From Cyanophora paradoxa CCMP329 (Eukaryota > Plantae > Glaucophyta), in contig QPMI01000477.1 in assembly GCA_004431415.1 (NCBI GenBank), positions 647,618 through 711,617 of the forward strand: a stretch of 64,000 nucleotides of DNA, in the 5' to 3' direction. The notes beneath the pieces were generated by a model. That model was given only the letters and a program-made list of their open reading frames with translations, was not told where the DNA came from and made no database searches. This document shows positions 1 to 11,004 of this stretch, one piece after another. The position numbers were made by a program, and so were the translations under genes. Every line of letters begins with the position of its first letter. The first letter of the stretch is position 1.

Positions 1-137
1 TGGGCATGCGGCGTACCCCCCGACCCCCTCCTCCCCCTCTCGCCGCCTGTACATGTGCGATAGGATCCGAGACGATCGCATGCGATCGCAGTCGATTCGA
101 TGACACAGAACCGCGCGCAACGACGACGAGGTCACCG

Positions 138-3100
138 CTAGCGCTCCGCCGCGGCGGCGGCCGCGCGGGCGACGGAGCGCAGCCGCTCCGCCGCCTCCGC
201 CCGCCCCAGCCGCTCCTCCACACCGGCCCTGCAGGCCCCGCCGCCGGTCAGCCACCACCTTTTTAGGGCGGGGATCAAATCTAGATCGAATTCTAATTCC
301 AAAGGCGCGCGCCAGGCCTCGAAGACGGCGGCGAGGTGCGGGTCAGCGTCCGCCGCCCGCCGGAGGATGCCCCGCGCCCGCTCCAGCTCCCCACGCCCCG
401 CCTCCACCTGCCGCCAGATCGGATCAGATCAGATCGGATCGGATCGGATCGAATTCTAAAAAGATCGGATCGGATCAGATGGGATCTGAGCGGACCTCGC
501 CCCACCAGAGGAGGACCTGGGCGCCCCCCGGGTCGAGCTCCGCCGCCCGCTCGAAGCTCGCCGCCGCCTGCCCCGCGCGCGCGCGCGTGGGTGAGCTCAG
601 GTGAGCTCGGCCGTGCGCGGCGCCGGCGTGGCGCCGGCTATGGCGGCTGGCTGGCGTGAGGGAGGACGCAGCGAAGCGCGCTAGCAATGTGCCGGCTAGC
701 GCCAACTAGCGCAGCGCGTCGAGTTCGAGTCCGGAGCGTGAACGGAGGGCGGGGCGGAAGTGGCTAATCGTATGAGCGAGGCGAAGCTATGCCGGCTGGT
801 GCTGGCGCCGGCGCGTCGAGCTCGAGCTCGAGTTCGGAGCGCAAAACAAAACGGAGGGCGGAGCGGGGCGGGGCGGAAGGGGCTGGCGCTCCTCCGCCCC
901 GGCCCGGTGCCCCGGCTGAAAATTCGAAGGGGCGGGGCGAGCAGGCGGGCGGGGCGGGGCGGGGCGGGGGGGCCGGGGGCCCGGGCACCTTGTCGAGGTC
1001 GCCGGCGCGTGCCTCGAGGGCCCCGCAGGCCGCCCACGCCGGCGCGCTCCACGGGTCCGCACCCTAGCGGGAGGGCCGCACGCGTCAGGCGGGCGACGAG
1101 AGGTGCTCGAGAAGCCTAGAAGATCCTTGGATACTGTGTGCTCTTTCGCATCCGTAAAGCTTCTAAAATTCGGGTCTCTATCTAGAGAAACATAGAGGCT
1201 TAAGAAACTAAAAAGCTTATAGCAGCCAAAAGCAGCGCGCATTTGTACGCGCTTAATCGTGCAGCAGCTAAAGCATCGTATAGCACTCTCTAAATCTTCA
1301 CCTTATATAGCACTCTAGCGCACTCTCCACCTTATATAGCAGCTACAGGACAAGTCTAGTTTTAAGGGCGCACGACGGCGCGGGCGTAGAGTGCGCCGGC
1401 CTCGGCGGCGCGGCCACGGCGCGCCTCCAGGTCCCCCCACGCCCGCCACAGCATCCCCTGCGCATGCGCCCCCAGTCAGGCGCCGGCGCCCCCAAGTTAC
1501 GCGGAGCCCCTCAAGAAGAGCTCCGCATAAGATGAGATGGGAGGGGAGGGGGCTTCGCGCGCGCCTGGCCGCGGGCGGGCGCCCTCCCGAAGTCGCACGC
1601 GGCCTCCCCCCCGTCCGCCGCGTCCGCGTCCTCCGCCGGCTCCTCCCCGGCCCCGCCCCGCGCCTGCAGCCCCCGGCCACGCCGCCCCCGCCCCCGCCCC
1701 CGTCAGCCGGCGGCCGGCGATGCTATCGCGAGCTTTAAGCTTTGTCTAGCTCCATGCACGACCTATAGAGAGAGCGGCCCCACCGCCCCCGGCGGCCGGC
1801 GCGCGGCCCTCAGCTTTGTCTAGCTCCAGGAACGCCTAGATCTACACGCTTTGTGCTAGACAGCTTTGTCTAGCTCCAGGAACCCCGGCCCCCCAAAGCG
1901 ACCGGCCTAGACTTCTAGAAGCGATGGGCCTGAGCTCCGTCCGGAGGCTTGGGGCTTAGGTTTGCTGTGTCGCTAAGCGCTCCCTTCTTCTCGAGCTTAG
2001 ATTCTGAGCCGTTTCCCAAGGGGCGGGGGCGGGGGCGGGGGCGCACGGCGGCGGGGTCCCGCTCCGGGGAGGGACCCCCGTCAGCCGGCGGCCCTCAGCT
2101 TTGCCTAGCGAGCTAGCTCCGGGCACGGGAGCGCCGGAGTAGACGTCTAGATCCCTATGTCCCTCAAGCGATCGGCCTAGACTTCGATCGGCAGCGCCTC
2201 GCGAGGCGGGGGCGGGGGCGGGGCCGCACGGCGACTGGGTCCCTCTCGGAGCAGCACGCCGCGGCGCCCTGCACGCGGGCGGGGCGCCGCCGCCCGGCGG
2301 TCAGAGCTGCGAAGCTGACCTGAGCCGCGGAGGGGAGGGGGGGAGCACCTGCGCGAGGACGCGCCGCGCCGCCTCGGCGCCCTCCTCCCTGCGCCCGGGC
2401 GAAGCGAGGCGAGGCGTCGGCGGGGCAGGCGCCTCGCGCGGAGCGGGAGTTCGGATGAAGTGTTAAATCTATGAGGCTTGCTTCTCAATACGGTCGATCC
2501 GGGCGAGGCGGGGCGGGGCGGGGCGAGGCAAGGCGGACGGGGTTCAGCGTTTATGGGCGGGGCGGGGCGGGGCGGGGCGGGCGGACGGGGCGGGGCGGGG
2601 CGAGGCAAGGCGGACGGGGTTCAGCGTTTATGGGCGGGCAGGGCGGGGCGGGGCGGGGGGCCGGGGTGGGGCACATCGGGGCCTCGGATCAAAAGTTAGA
2701 TCTATGAGGCTTGCTTTCCTCTGGTGGGCGGGGTGGGGCGTTTTTCTATGTATGCGTTCCGCGAAGGGCGGGGCGGGGCGGGGCGGGGCGGGGCGGGGCG
2801 GGTGGGGCGTTCCTCTAATTATGCGTTCCGCGAAGGGCGGGCGGGGCGGGGCGGGGCGGACGGGGAGGGGCGGGGCGTTCCTCTAAGTATGCGTTCCGCG
2901 AAGGGCGGGGCGGGGCGGGGCGGGGCGGACGGGGAGGGGGCGACGAGCTCCTCCATGTTGGCCCAGGAGAGCCACACGAAGACGTCCGACGCCCGCAGCC
3001 CCGCCGCCCGCTCGAAGCACTGCCGCGCAGCTTGAGCTTGACGTCGAAGTCCGAGCTTGGAACGGGTCGGGTCGGGGGGGCGGACGCGGTGGGCGGCGAA

Positions 3101-6100
3101 GTCTAAGCCTAAGAAGCTTAAGCTATGACTATGAAGCTTAAAATCGAAGTCCGATAAGCTTGGGATGGGTGGGAGGAGGGGGGGCGGGGCGGACGCGGCG
3201 GGCGGCGGGGAAGTGCTTAGAATGGCGCCTAAGCCTTAGCCTAAGCGCCTAAGCGTCTGGGTCGGGTCGGAGGAGGATGGGGGGACGGGTCGGAGGAGGA
3301 TGGGGGGACGGGTCGGCGGCGAAGTCTAAGCTTAAGAAGCTTCAGCTATGACTACGAAGCTTATATAAGATCCAGGTCTAAGCTTAGAACGGGTCGGCGG
3401 GTCGGGAGGGCGGACGCGGCGGGCGGCGGGGAAGTTGCGGTCGGAGCGCTCCAGCAGCGCCAGCGCGTACCTGGCGTCGGGAGGGGGCGGGGATGGCTAA
3501 GGTGGGAGGGGGAGGGGTGGAGGAGGGGCACCAGATGGCGCCGGCGGGGGGCCCCGTGCAGCGCTTCGCCCCCTCCTCCAGCAGCTGCGCGAAAAAACAA
3601 ATCAGGGAAAAAAAGGGGAGGAGGGGGGTATCGGACCCTGCGGCCGGCCTCGACGCCCGCCGCGGATCGCTCCATGAGGCCCCACGCCCTGCGGGGCGGG
3701 GCGGGGCTCAGGCAGGAGGAAAAGCAAAGCGAGCGCGGCGCGTCTCGGGCGCACCTGTAGATGTCGGCGAGGACGGGGCCGGCGGCGAGGGCCACGCCCC
3801 TCGAGAAGGCCTCCCGCGCCCTGCGAGGGAGAGGAAGGGGGGGGGGGGGGGGGGGGGCCGCGCCGGTGAGCGGGGCGGGCCGGGCTCAGGTGTGCCGCGC
3901 ATCACTATCCATCCGTCCATCCATCCATCCCTAACGGGGGGGGGGGGCGGGCGCGGGCGCACTCGGGGAAGGCCCGGCGGCGCTGCTCGAGGAGGCCGAG
4001 GGCGAGGTGCGCGGCCCCCGTGCGGTCGAGCCCCGCCGCCCGCACCAGCAGCCGCCGCGCCTCCGCCACCTCCCCGCCCCGCGCCTCCGCCGCGCCCCAC
4101 GCGCTCCTGCGGCGCCGGTCGACTCGAGGGCGTACTGTCCCAAGGACACGGCCCGGGCGCCGGCGGGCTAGATGTTGAGCTCTAAATAGCGTGGCAGGGC
4201 TGGATCTAGAGAGATAAAAGCCAGGGGGCTAGGAACCAGGCCGCGCCAGCCCCCTAGCGCCTAAAAAGCTACAAGCTCTGGGGCCGCGGGCGGGCCCAAA
4301 AAGCAACAAGGGCAGGGCTGAATCTAGAGCGATCTAGAGCGGGACCCAGAGGTCAGGGGCGGACAAGCCGCGCCAGCCCCCTAGCGCCCGAAAGGCTATA
4401 AATAGGCTCTGGGGCCGCGGGCGGGCGCGCGCACCAGACGCGGGCGTCCAAGAGTTCCGGGGCTAAAGGCTAAAGGCTCCGGGGCGAAAGGCTAAAGGCC
4501 AAAAAGGCTAAAGGAGAACCAGGGGACCTAGGGGACAACTGGTCGAGAGCGGGTGATCTAGCCAGGGACGCGCGGAAGGCCTAAGGCCCGGGGCCGCGCG
4601 GGGGCTAGGGAGGAAGGACAGGGACGGACAAGCCGCGCCATAGGGTCTGGAGACGCGGGCGGGCGCGCGCACCAGACGCGGGCGTCCGGAGGGATAGTCT
4701 AAGGTGGCTTAGGTGTGGCGGTAGAGTCAAGGCTAGGCTGTGCCCGGCACGCATGGCCTGGCACGCGTTGCGGTGTCCTTGATCAACCTTAACCGCCTCC
4801 TTTATCGCTGGGAAGGGTCTAGAGCGCCCTAGGGTCTAGAAGGGCCGCGGCGGGCGGGCGCACCAGACGCGGGCGTCCTGGGGGTCGGCGCGCGCCGCCA
4901 GCTCGAAGCTCCGCCGCGCCTCCGCCGCCTCCCCCCGCGAGCTCTGCCGCCGCGCCCGTCAGACCGGCAGGAGGAAGCGCTGCGTCGCCTCTGACAACTG
5001 AAGACGCGCTCGCTCGCTGAAGAGTCCAACAGCTTCGCCTGACAGTCTTTATTAGACTTTCTACTAATATCACTTGCAATTGCGTCATTAGATTCGGGCT
5101 CGCTCGCTCGCCTGGAGGACGCGGAGGGACTGCAGCCTCACGGTTTCATGGTTTTTAAGGCCTAACAGTTTATGCAGTTTAGACTACTGGTTCTAAGCAG
5201 TCTCACGGTTTTATGGGTTTACGGTTTTATGACAGGGCCTGTCGCCTCTAACAGACTAGGGCCTCGAAGGGAGAGCCGCGTCGCCTCTAACAGCTCTGGA
5301 GCAGTCTTAAGGCCTTAAACTCGCCTCTAGTAGACTCGCCTCCAACAATTTAAGACAGATAGGGTCTGTCGCCTCTTATAACAGCCTTGAATAGAATAGA
5401 ATTGAACTCGCCTGGAGGACGCCGAGGGCCTGGTAGAGGCAGGCGGCGCGCCGGGGCGGGTCCCGCCCCTCCCCGGGCTCTGGCACCGCCGCCGAGGGCG
5501 GGGCCGCCGACGAGGACGGCCCCGCCTCCGCTGCCTCCGACGCCGCCGCCGCCGCCGCCGCCGCGGTGGGGCCCTGACGCCCCTGGTCAGACACCGAACG
5601 AGCAACAAGAAGAAGCCGAATGAGGAAGACGTGGAATAGGGGACGTGGAAGCTTTCTAATCGTCTTAACTCTAATCTTTTAAGAACGGACCAGGGGGCGA
5701 GGGAAAGGGGAAAGGGGAAGGGGGGGGAGTGATCGTCCTACATCTAATCGTTTAATCTAATCCAAGCTTTCTAATTATAATCGATGCGAGGCGAGGGAGG
5801 GAATCCAAAGGGGCGGACGAGGAGGGCGCGGATGCCGCGGAGGAGAGAGAGAGCGAGAGAGAGAGCGCGCGCTTGCAAACCCGTAGGGAAAGGAAGGGAA
5901 ACGGAAAAGGAAGGGAGGGAGGGATGCCGCGGACTAACAGCCGAATAGTTTCGTCGAGTCGTCTTTAAGCTTAAGCCTTTGAATCTAGCCTTGAATCCCG
6001 CCTTTGGACGAACGAACCAGGAGGGCGCGGATGCCGCGGAGGAGGATGGCGCGGGCCCCGTCGGGGTTCCCCACCCGCTGCTCCATCAGGCCCCAGCTCT

Positions 6101-9100
6101 GCCACACGTACCCCTGCGCACCGGACAGGATGAGCTCCGACCTCTAGGGATCCGGAGAGGGGCGGGGCGGGGCGGGGCTTTGGGGCTTTGGGGGGGGGGG
6201 GGGGGGGGGGGGGGGAAGGGCTTCGGGGCGGGGCGGGGCGGACGTTGGAGGGCTTCTTAAGCTTCTTAGAGAACTAGCAAGAGCCAGGCTCTAGGGGCGG
6301 GCTTTGGGTGCGGGGCTTTGGGGGCGGGCTCTGGGGCGGGGCGGGGCGGGGCGGGGCGGGCGGGGCTGGGCTTTGGGGGCGGGGCTCTGGGGGCGGGGCG
6401 GGGCGGACGTTGGAGGGCTCGGCGGATGCGGCCTTCTCGTAGAGGCGCCGCGCCCGCTTCAGGTTCCCCAGCTTCTGCTCAGATCAGATCAGATCAGATC
6501 GGGAGGGGGGAAGGGGTCCCAGCCCCTCTATATTTAAAGGAGGCCGCCCTCGAAAACATTCGCGCGCCTGCTCGCAGTTGGCCCAAGACGAGGACAGCCT
6601 CTAGGGCCTTAGGGAGGCCTTTTAGACTCTAGCCCTCGAGCGACCCGCGTCTTCAGCAGCCCCCCCAGGGCCCTCGGGAAGGTCTCGCGCGCCTGCTCGC
6701 AGTTGGCCCAGGCGTGGAGGACGCCGGCGGCCGTCCCGCTGTGCTTCCGCGTCCCGCCCCCCGCCACTTGCTCCAGCGCCTGCGCCCGCCCCGCGTCGGG
6801 TCTGGTCGGGTCGGGTCGTGCGAGAGGCGGGCGGATCGAATTTAGATAGGCGCTAGCTAGCCGGGATGGCTCCAATTAAGGATCGCGCGGGAGGCGGGCG
6901 GGGGATCTGGGCGCCGCTAGGCTAGGCGGGCGGGGGATCTAGATCTAGGAAGAAGGATTAAGGAAGATATCAGATCCGATAGGATCAGATCAGATCTGAC
7001 CTCGCGGAAGAGGCGGCGGCCGGCGGGGGCGTCGTTGGCGGCGAACTCGAGCAGCGCCAGCGCCTGCTCAGATCAGATCAGATCAGATCAGATCAGATCT
7101 GAGCGGATCGAATCGGATCGGACCTGCCGGCTCCGCACGTTCTCTGCGCGCGCGCGGGGGGCGCCCCCCGGGGTCAGCCGCCCCGCCCCGTCCGCCCACC
7201 CGGGCCCCCTCTAGACGCCCTCCTCTGGGGAGGCGGGGGGCAGGCGGGCGCACCCCTTCAGCCGCCCCCCTCTAGGGAGGCTGGCGGGTCCCCAGGCCCA
7301 GAACCCGGCCCTCGTTCCCTTTCTTCGTTAAATCTGATCTAGAAGGACAATCTGTAACACTGGAACTCTCTAGAAGAACCCCTCCAGCCGCCCCCCTCTA
7401 GGGAGGCGGGCGGGGGGGGGGGGGGGGGGGGGGGGGGGGCGGGTGGATCACCCGGTGCGACCTCGAGTGCGGCGGCGTAGAGCTCCGCGCCCGCGCCCCG
7501 TTCCCGCACTCCTCCTCCAGCTGCCCGGGCACGTGATCAGACGGCGAGGGCGCGGGAGGGGAAGCGGAGGGCGCGTAGGGGGGAGAAAGAGGTGGGGCAC
7601 CTGGGCCCACGCGTTGTGCAGCGCGGCGTACGTCGGGTGCTTCTGCGATCGGTCGGCCGGCGGAGGCCTCAGCGGGGCAAGCTGAAGAAGGGGGGCGGGG
7701 AGGGGAGGAAAGGGGGAAGGGGAGGGGGGGAAGGGAAGGGGGTACGCGCGCACGGCGACGGCCTGGGCGAAGAGGTCGCGCGCCCGGCGGGGCTCCCCAG
7801 GTCCCGCCACACGAGCACCGCGTACGCGCACCTGGGGGTACAGGCGCACATCAGATGGGGGGGAGGTGGGGGGCGGTCGAAGGTACCAGCAGGCGGGCGG
7901 GTTCGCCTGCGTCAGCTGCGGGCCGGGCGGGGGGGAGGGGGGGGGGGGGGCGGGGGGTGTGCGTGAGAGGGGTACCGGGGGGTTGAGAGGAGGGGGGTAC
8001 GCGCACAGCCCGAATGAAGATCTCCTGGGCCTTGCGCACGTCGCCCAGGTCACGCTCCGCAAGCGCCCACGCGGACCTCCGGGGTACGTGAGCCGCAAGA
8101 CCCCCGGGGTGCGGAGCGGGTTCGAGGGGGGTACCAGATTGCGCCGTGCTCGGGCTCGGCGCGTACGCCTTTTTCGAAGAGGGACCGCGCCTCTGCCGCA
8201 GCGCCGGCGGAGATTTCAAGCAGGGCCCACGACTGGGAGGGGAGGGGGGTACGCGATCAGCGGCGCGAATGGGGTGCCCGCAGCGGGACGCGCGCGGCGG
8301 GACGCGCGCGGCGGGGGGCGAGGGAGGTACCTGGTAGAGCGCGCCGAGGTTGCCCCTGTTCGCTTCGATGCCCCGCCTGCGCAGGGCGGCGTGGGCGGCG
8401 CGCCGGTTCCTGCAGCCGCGGCGGGGCGGAGGGCGGCGGGGCGGAGCGCGGGCGCACTTGAAACACTCCCTCGCCTCGTCCAGCCGCCGCTGACGCGTGA
8501 GGAAGACACCGAGCGCCTGAGGCGCGCGCGTAAGAGGCGGCAGGCCCCGAAAAGGGAGCGCGGGGCCTCAGGCGGCGCGCCTGCAGAAGGAAGGGGTTCT
8601 TCGGCTGGCGGAAGAGGCCCAACCTGAAGATTCCCTCCGCCTCTTCGAATGCACCGCGCCGCGCCTCGATGCCGCCGAGCTTCACGCACGCCTTGGCCCA
8701 GCCTGCCGCGGATTAGATCTCACTCGCAGCGCTGCAACGCGTCGCGCCGAGGCCGAACGCACCGAAGTCCGAGCGATCGGATTCCACGATGCTCCTCAGC
8801 GTCTCCACTGCCGTCGTTCGCGGTGGAGGGCTGTCGGAGCGCCTGAGCTTGGCTCCAAACGCGTGCCGTTCCCCCGCGGCGCCGGCGGCCGGGGCCGCGC
8901 CATCGTTTTCCGATGATCGCATTCGAGCTACGACTTCAAAGAGGGGCCGCTGCTGGCCTTCGAATCGCTGCGTGGAGCTGGCGGAGGACGTGGAACGTGC
9001 CGAGGGCCGTTCCAGGGAGACGCCGCGAAGCGAGCACCGGCTCACAGCGCTGCACGCGCGTGAGATGAGAGGACGCGCAGAGAGAAGCGGTCGCTTCGAG

Positions 9101-9185
9101 CGTCTTTTCATACGCACCGCGACCAGCCCAGCGCGCGGGGCGCGGAGCCCGATGCGAGCGGCGGGCCCGCTACGAACGCCGACAT
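138..9185 (-). CDS. Multi-exon plastid-targeted HAT/TPR-repeat RNA-binding protein (HCF107/Mbb1-like)
   Basis: Scattered exons carry HAT helical repeats: ARGILRRAADADPHLAAVFEAW, AEGIFRLGLFRQPKNPFLLQA, AWALAERDLGDVRKAQEIFIRA, VLHAWANCEQARETF, ALHNAWAQ. ATG at 9185 gives MSAFVAGPPLAS..., and the spliced N-terminus continues ...QRFEGQQRPLFEVVA (transit-peptide-like). The last exon ends AAAAAAER* at 138. The full exon chain is not resolved. Confidence 0.75.
2495..2940. repeat. Intronic (GGGGC)n-rich tandem duplications (G-quadruplex-prone)
   Basis: Repeated ggggc blocks interleaved with duplicated 'tatgcgttccgcgaagggcggg' and 'gcaaggcggacggggttcagcgtttatgggcggg' segments. Confidence 0.7.
6968..7120. 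repeat. Intronic (GATCA/GATCG)n microsatellite
   Basis: cagatcagatcagatc runs; similar tracts at 416-487 and 6480-6500. Confidence 0.75.
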
Positions 9186-9248
9186 CGCGGCCGGCGTGCC
9201 GTGCTCGATTGATCTTCGCTGCGGAGGGGTACAGTCTGAAAGGGCGCG

Positions 9249-10050
9249 ATGGCGGACGCGCAGCCCGCCAAGGGCGAGCTGAGATACGAGACGAGTGCGC
9301 TAGTGCAGCCCGCTGCTTGCGAGAGGGATCCTCACGCACGCGCGCGCCGCAGGGGCGCTCGGCGAGCCGATCAAGCTGCGCGGCCCCGTGGTCACGGGCT
9401 TCCGGCGAGGAAGCAAGATGCTGGGCATTCCGACCGGTGCGGCTCGCCCGCGGTTCGCCCTGCGCGTGCCCACGCGCCGCGCGCAGCGAACCTGCCCTAC
9501 GAGTCGTTCAAGGACGTCATTCACGACCAGCAGGCCGGCGTCTACTTCGGATGGGCGAGCGTGAACGGCGGAGAGGTCCTGAAGACCGTCCTCAGCATCG
9601 GCTGGAACCCGTACTTCAAGAACACGCAGAAGACGGTCGTGCGTCGCGCGGGCGCCGCCGCCGCGACGCCGCCCGAGCCGCGCGCAGGAGCCGTACATAA
9701 TACACAAGTTTGAGAGCGATTTCTACGGTCAGGAGCTCAAGCTGCTCATCTGCGGCTACCTCAGGCCCGAGGCCGACTTCCCCAACCTAGGCGCGACCGC
9801 CCTGCCCCGCCCCGCCCCGCGCCGCGCCCTAAGCGCCCGGCGCAGAGTCGCTCATCGCGGCAATACACAACGACATCAAGCTGGGCGAAGAGCACCTCGA
9901 AGAGCCGGGGTACCACGTGCGCCCGCGCGCGCCGCCCCTCGAGCTAGAAGCTATCTATCCCCGCGCGCCTCACTCACGCATCGAAAGGCTTTCAAGGGCG
10001 ACCCATTCTTCGCGGAGCCTGTCATGGTGATGAGCACGCCCAAGCTATGA
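9249..10050 (+). CDS. RFK: Riboflavin kinase (6 exons)
   Basis: Spliced product [47 protein letters not shown]...GVYFGWA...SIGWNPYFKN...EPYIIHKFESDFYGQELKLLICGYLRPEADFPNLESLIAAIHNDI contains the flavokinase GFxRGSKxLGIPTAN and LRPE motifs. One intron has a GC donor (9791). Confidence 0.95.
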
Positions 10051-10584
10051 CGCACCAGCGCGGCCGCGCCCAGTTTGAGATAGGATAGGCTAGCGGGGTC
10101 TAGGACGAGCATTCTTGTTTAAACGAGTCACGATCAGGAAGCGACGCCGGAGCTGACGAGCAGGGCGCGGCGGCCGTGTCATTGGCAGCGCTATGGGCGG
10201 TCGCTTCTCCGATAGGATAGGCCAGGGGCCGGCGCCGGGCCGGGGATCTAAGACGAACGTTCTCCGGGGGCCGATCGCGAGCGAGCGAGAAGCTTAAGTG
10301 GGCGGCCGCTGCCGAGGGCGAGAAATTCAAGATCTAGAGATCTAAAAGTGGGCAGAGCGTAAGCTTCCCTTCTATTCCAGGCCCGGCTGCTCCTCCTCCT
10401 TCGTCATCCCCCCCCCCCCCCCCCCCCTGGCGCCGTTGGAGCAGAGCCCGAGGGCGGAGGGGGCGGAGGGGGAGCTCCTCGCCAGTCGCTGGTGACGACG
10501 GCTGCTCCGGATCCCCTTCTGATCATGATCACCTTCGAGGCTCCCGGCCCCACCAGGCTGCCCCCTCCCCCTTGTCTCCCCGCT

Positions 10585-10619
<35 letters not shown>

Positions 10620-11004
10620 TCCCAGGGAAGGGCGCGGAGAAGATGGCCTCCTTCCGGAGCTCGAGTCCCGGGAGTCGCCATCGGCCTTGCATCATATGCA
10701 TGTGCACCGATCATGACTCAGTGATTTATGATCACATCACAAATTAATGCGGTAAATCATTGAATTCGAATGTACACATGTCAGTTTCACTTCTTGATCT
10801 AGTCGAATAATCGAATAAGTGGGGGGGTGCGGGGGGGCGCTTGCGCCCCCGCTTGCATGAAGCTACAATATTAATAATATAAGTCTACTAGTACTAGGCA
10901 ACGCGTATGCGCCGACGCTATACAAACATACAATCGAATAATTATACTATACGATTGCTCGTTCTGATGAGGCTCGGCGAATTCGAAGAGCTTCAAATAT
11001 ATAA

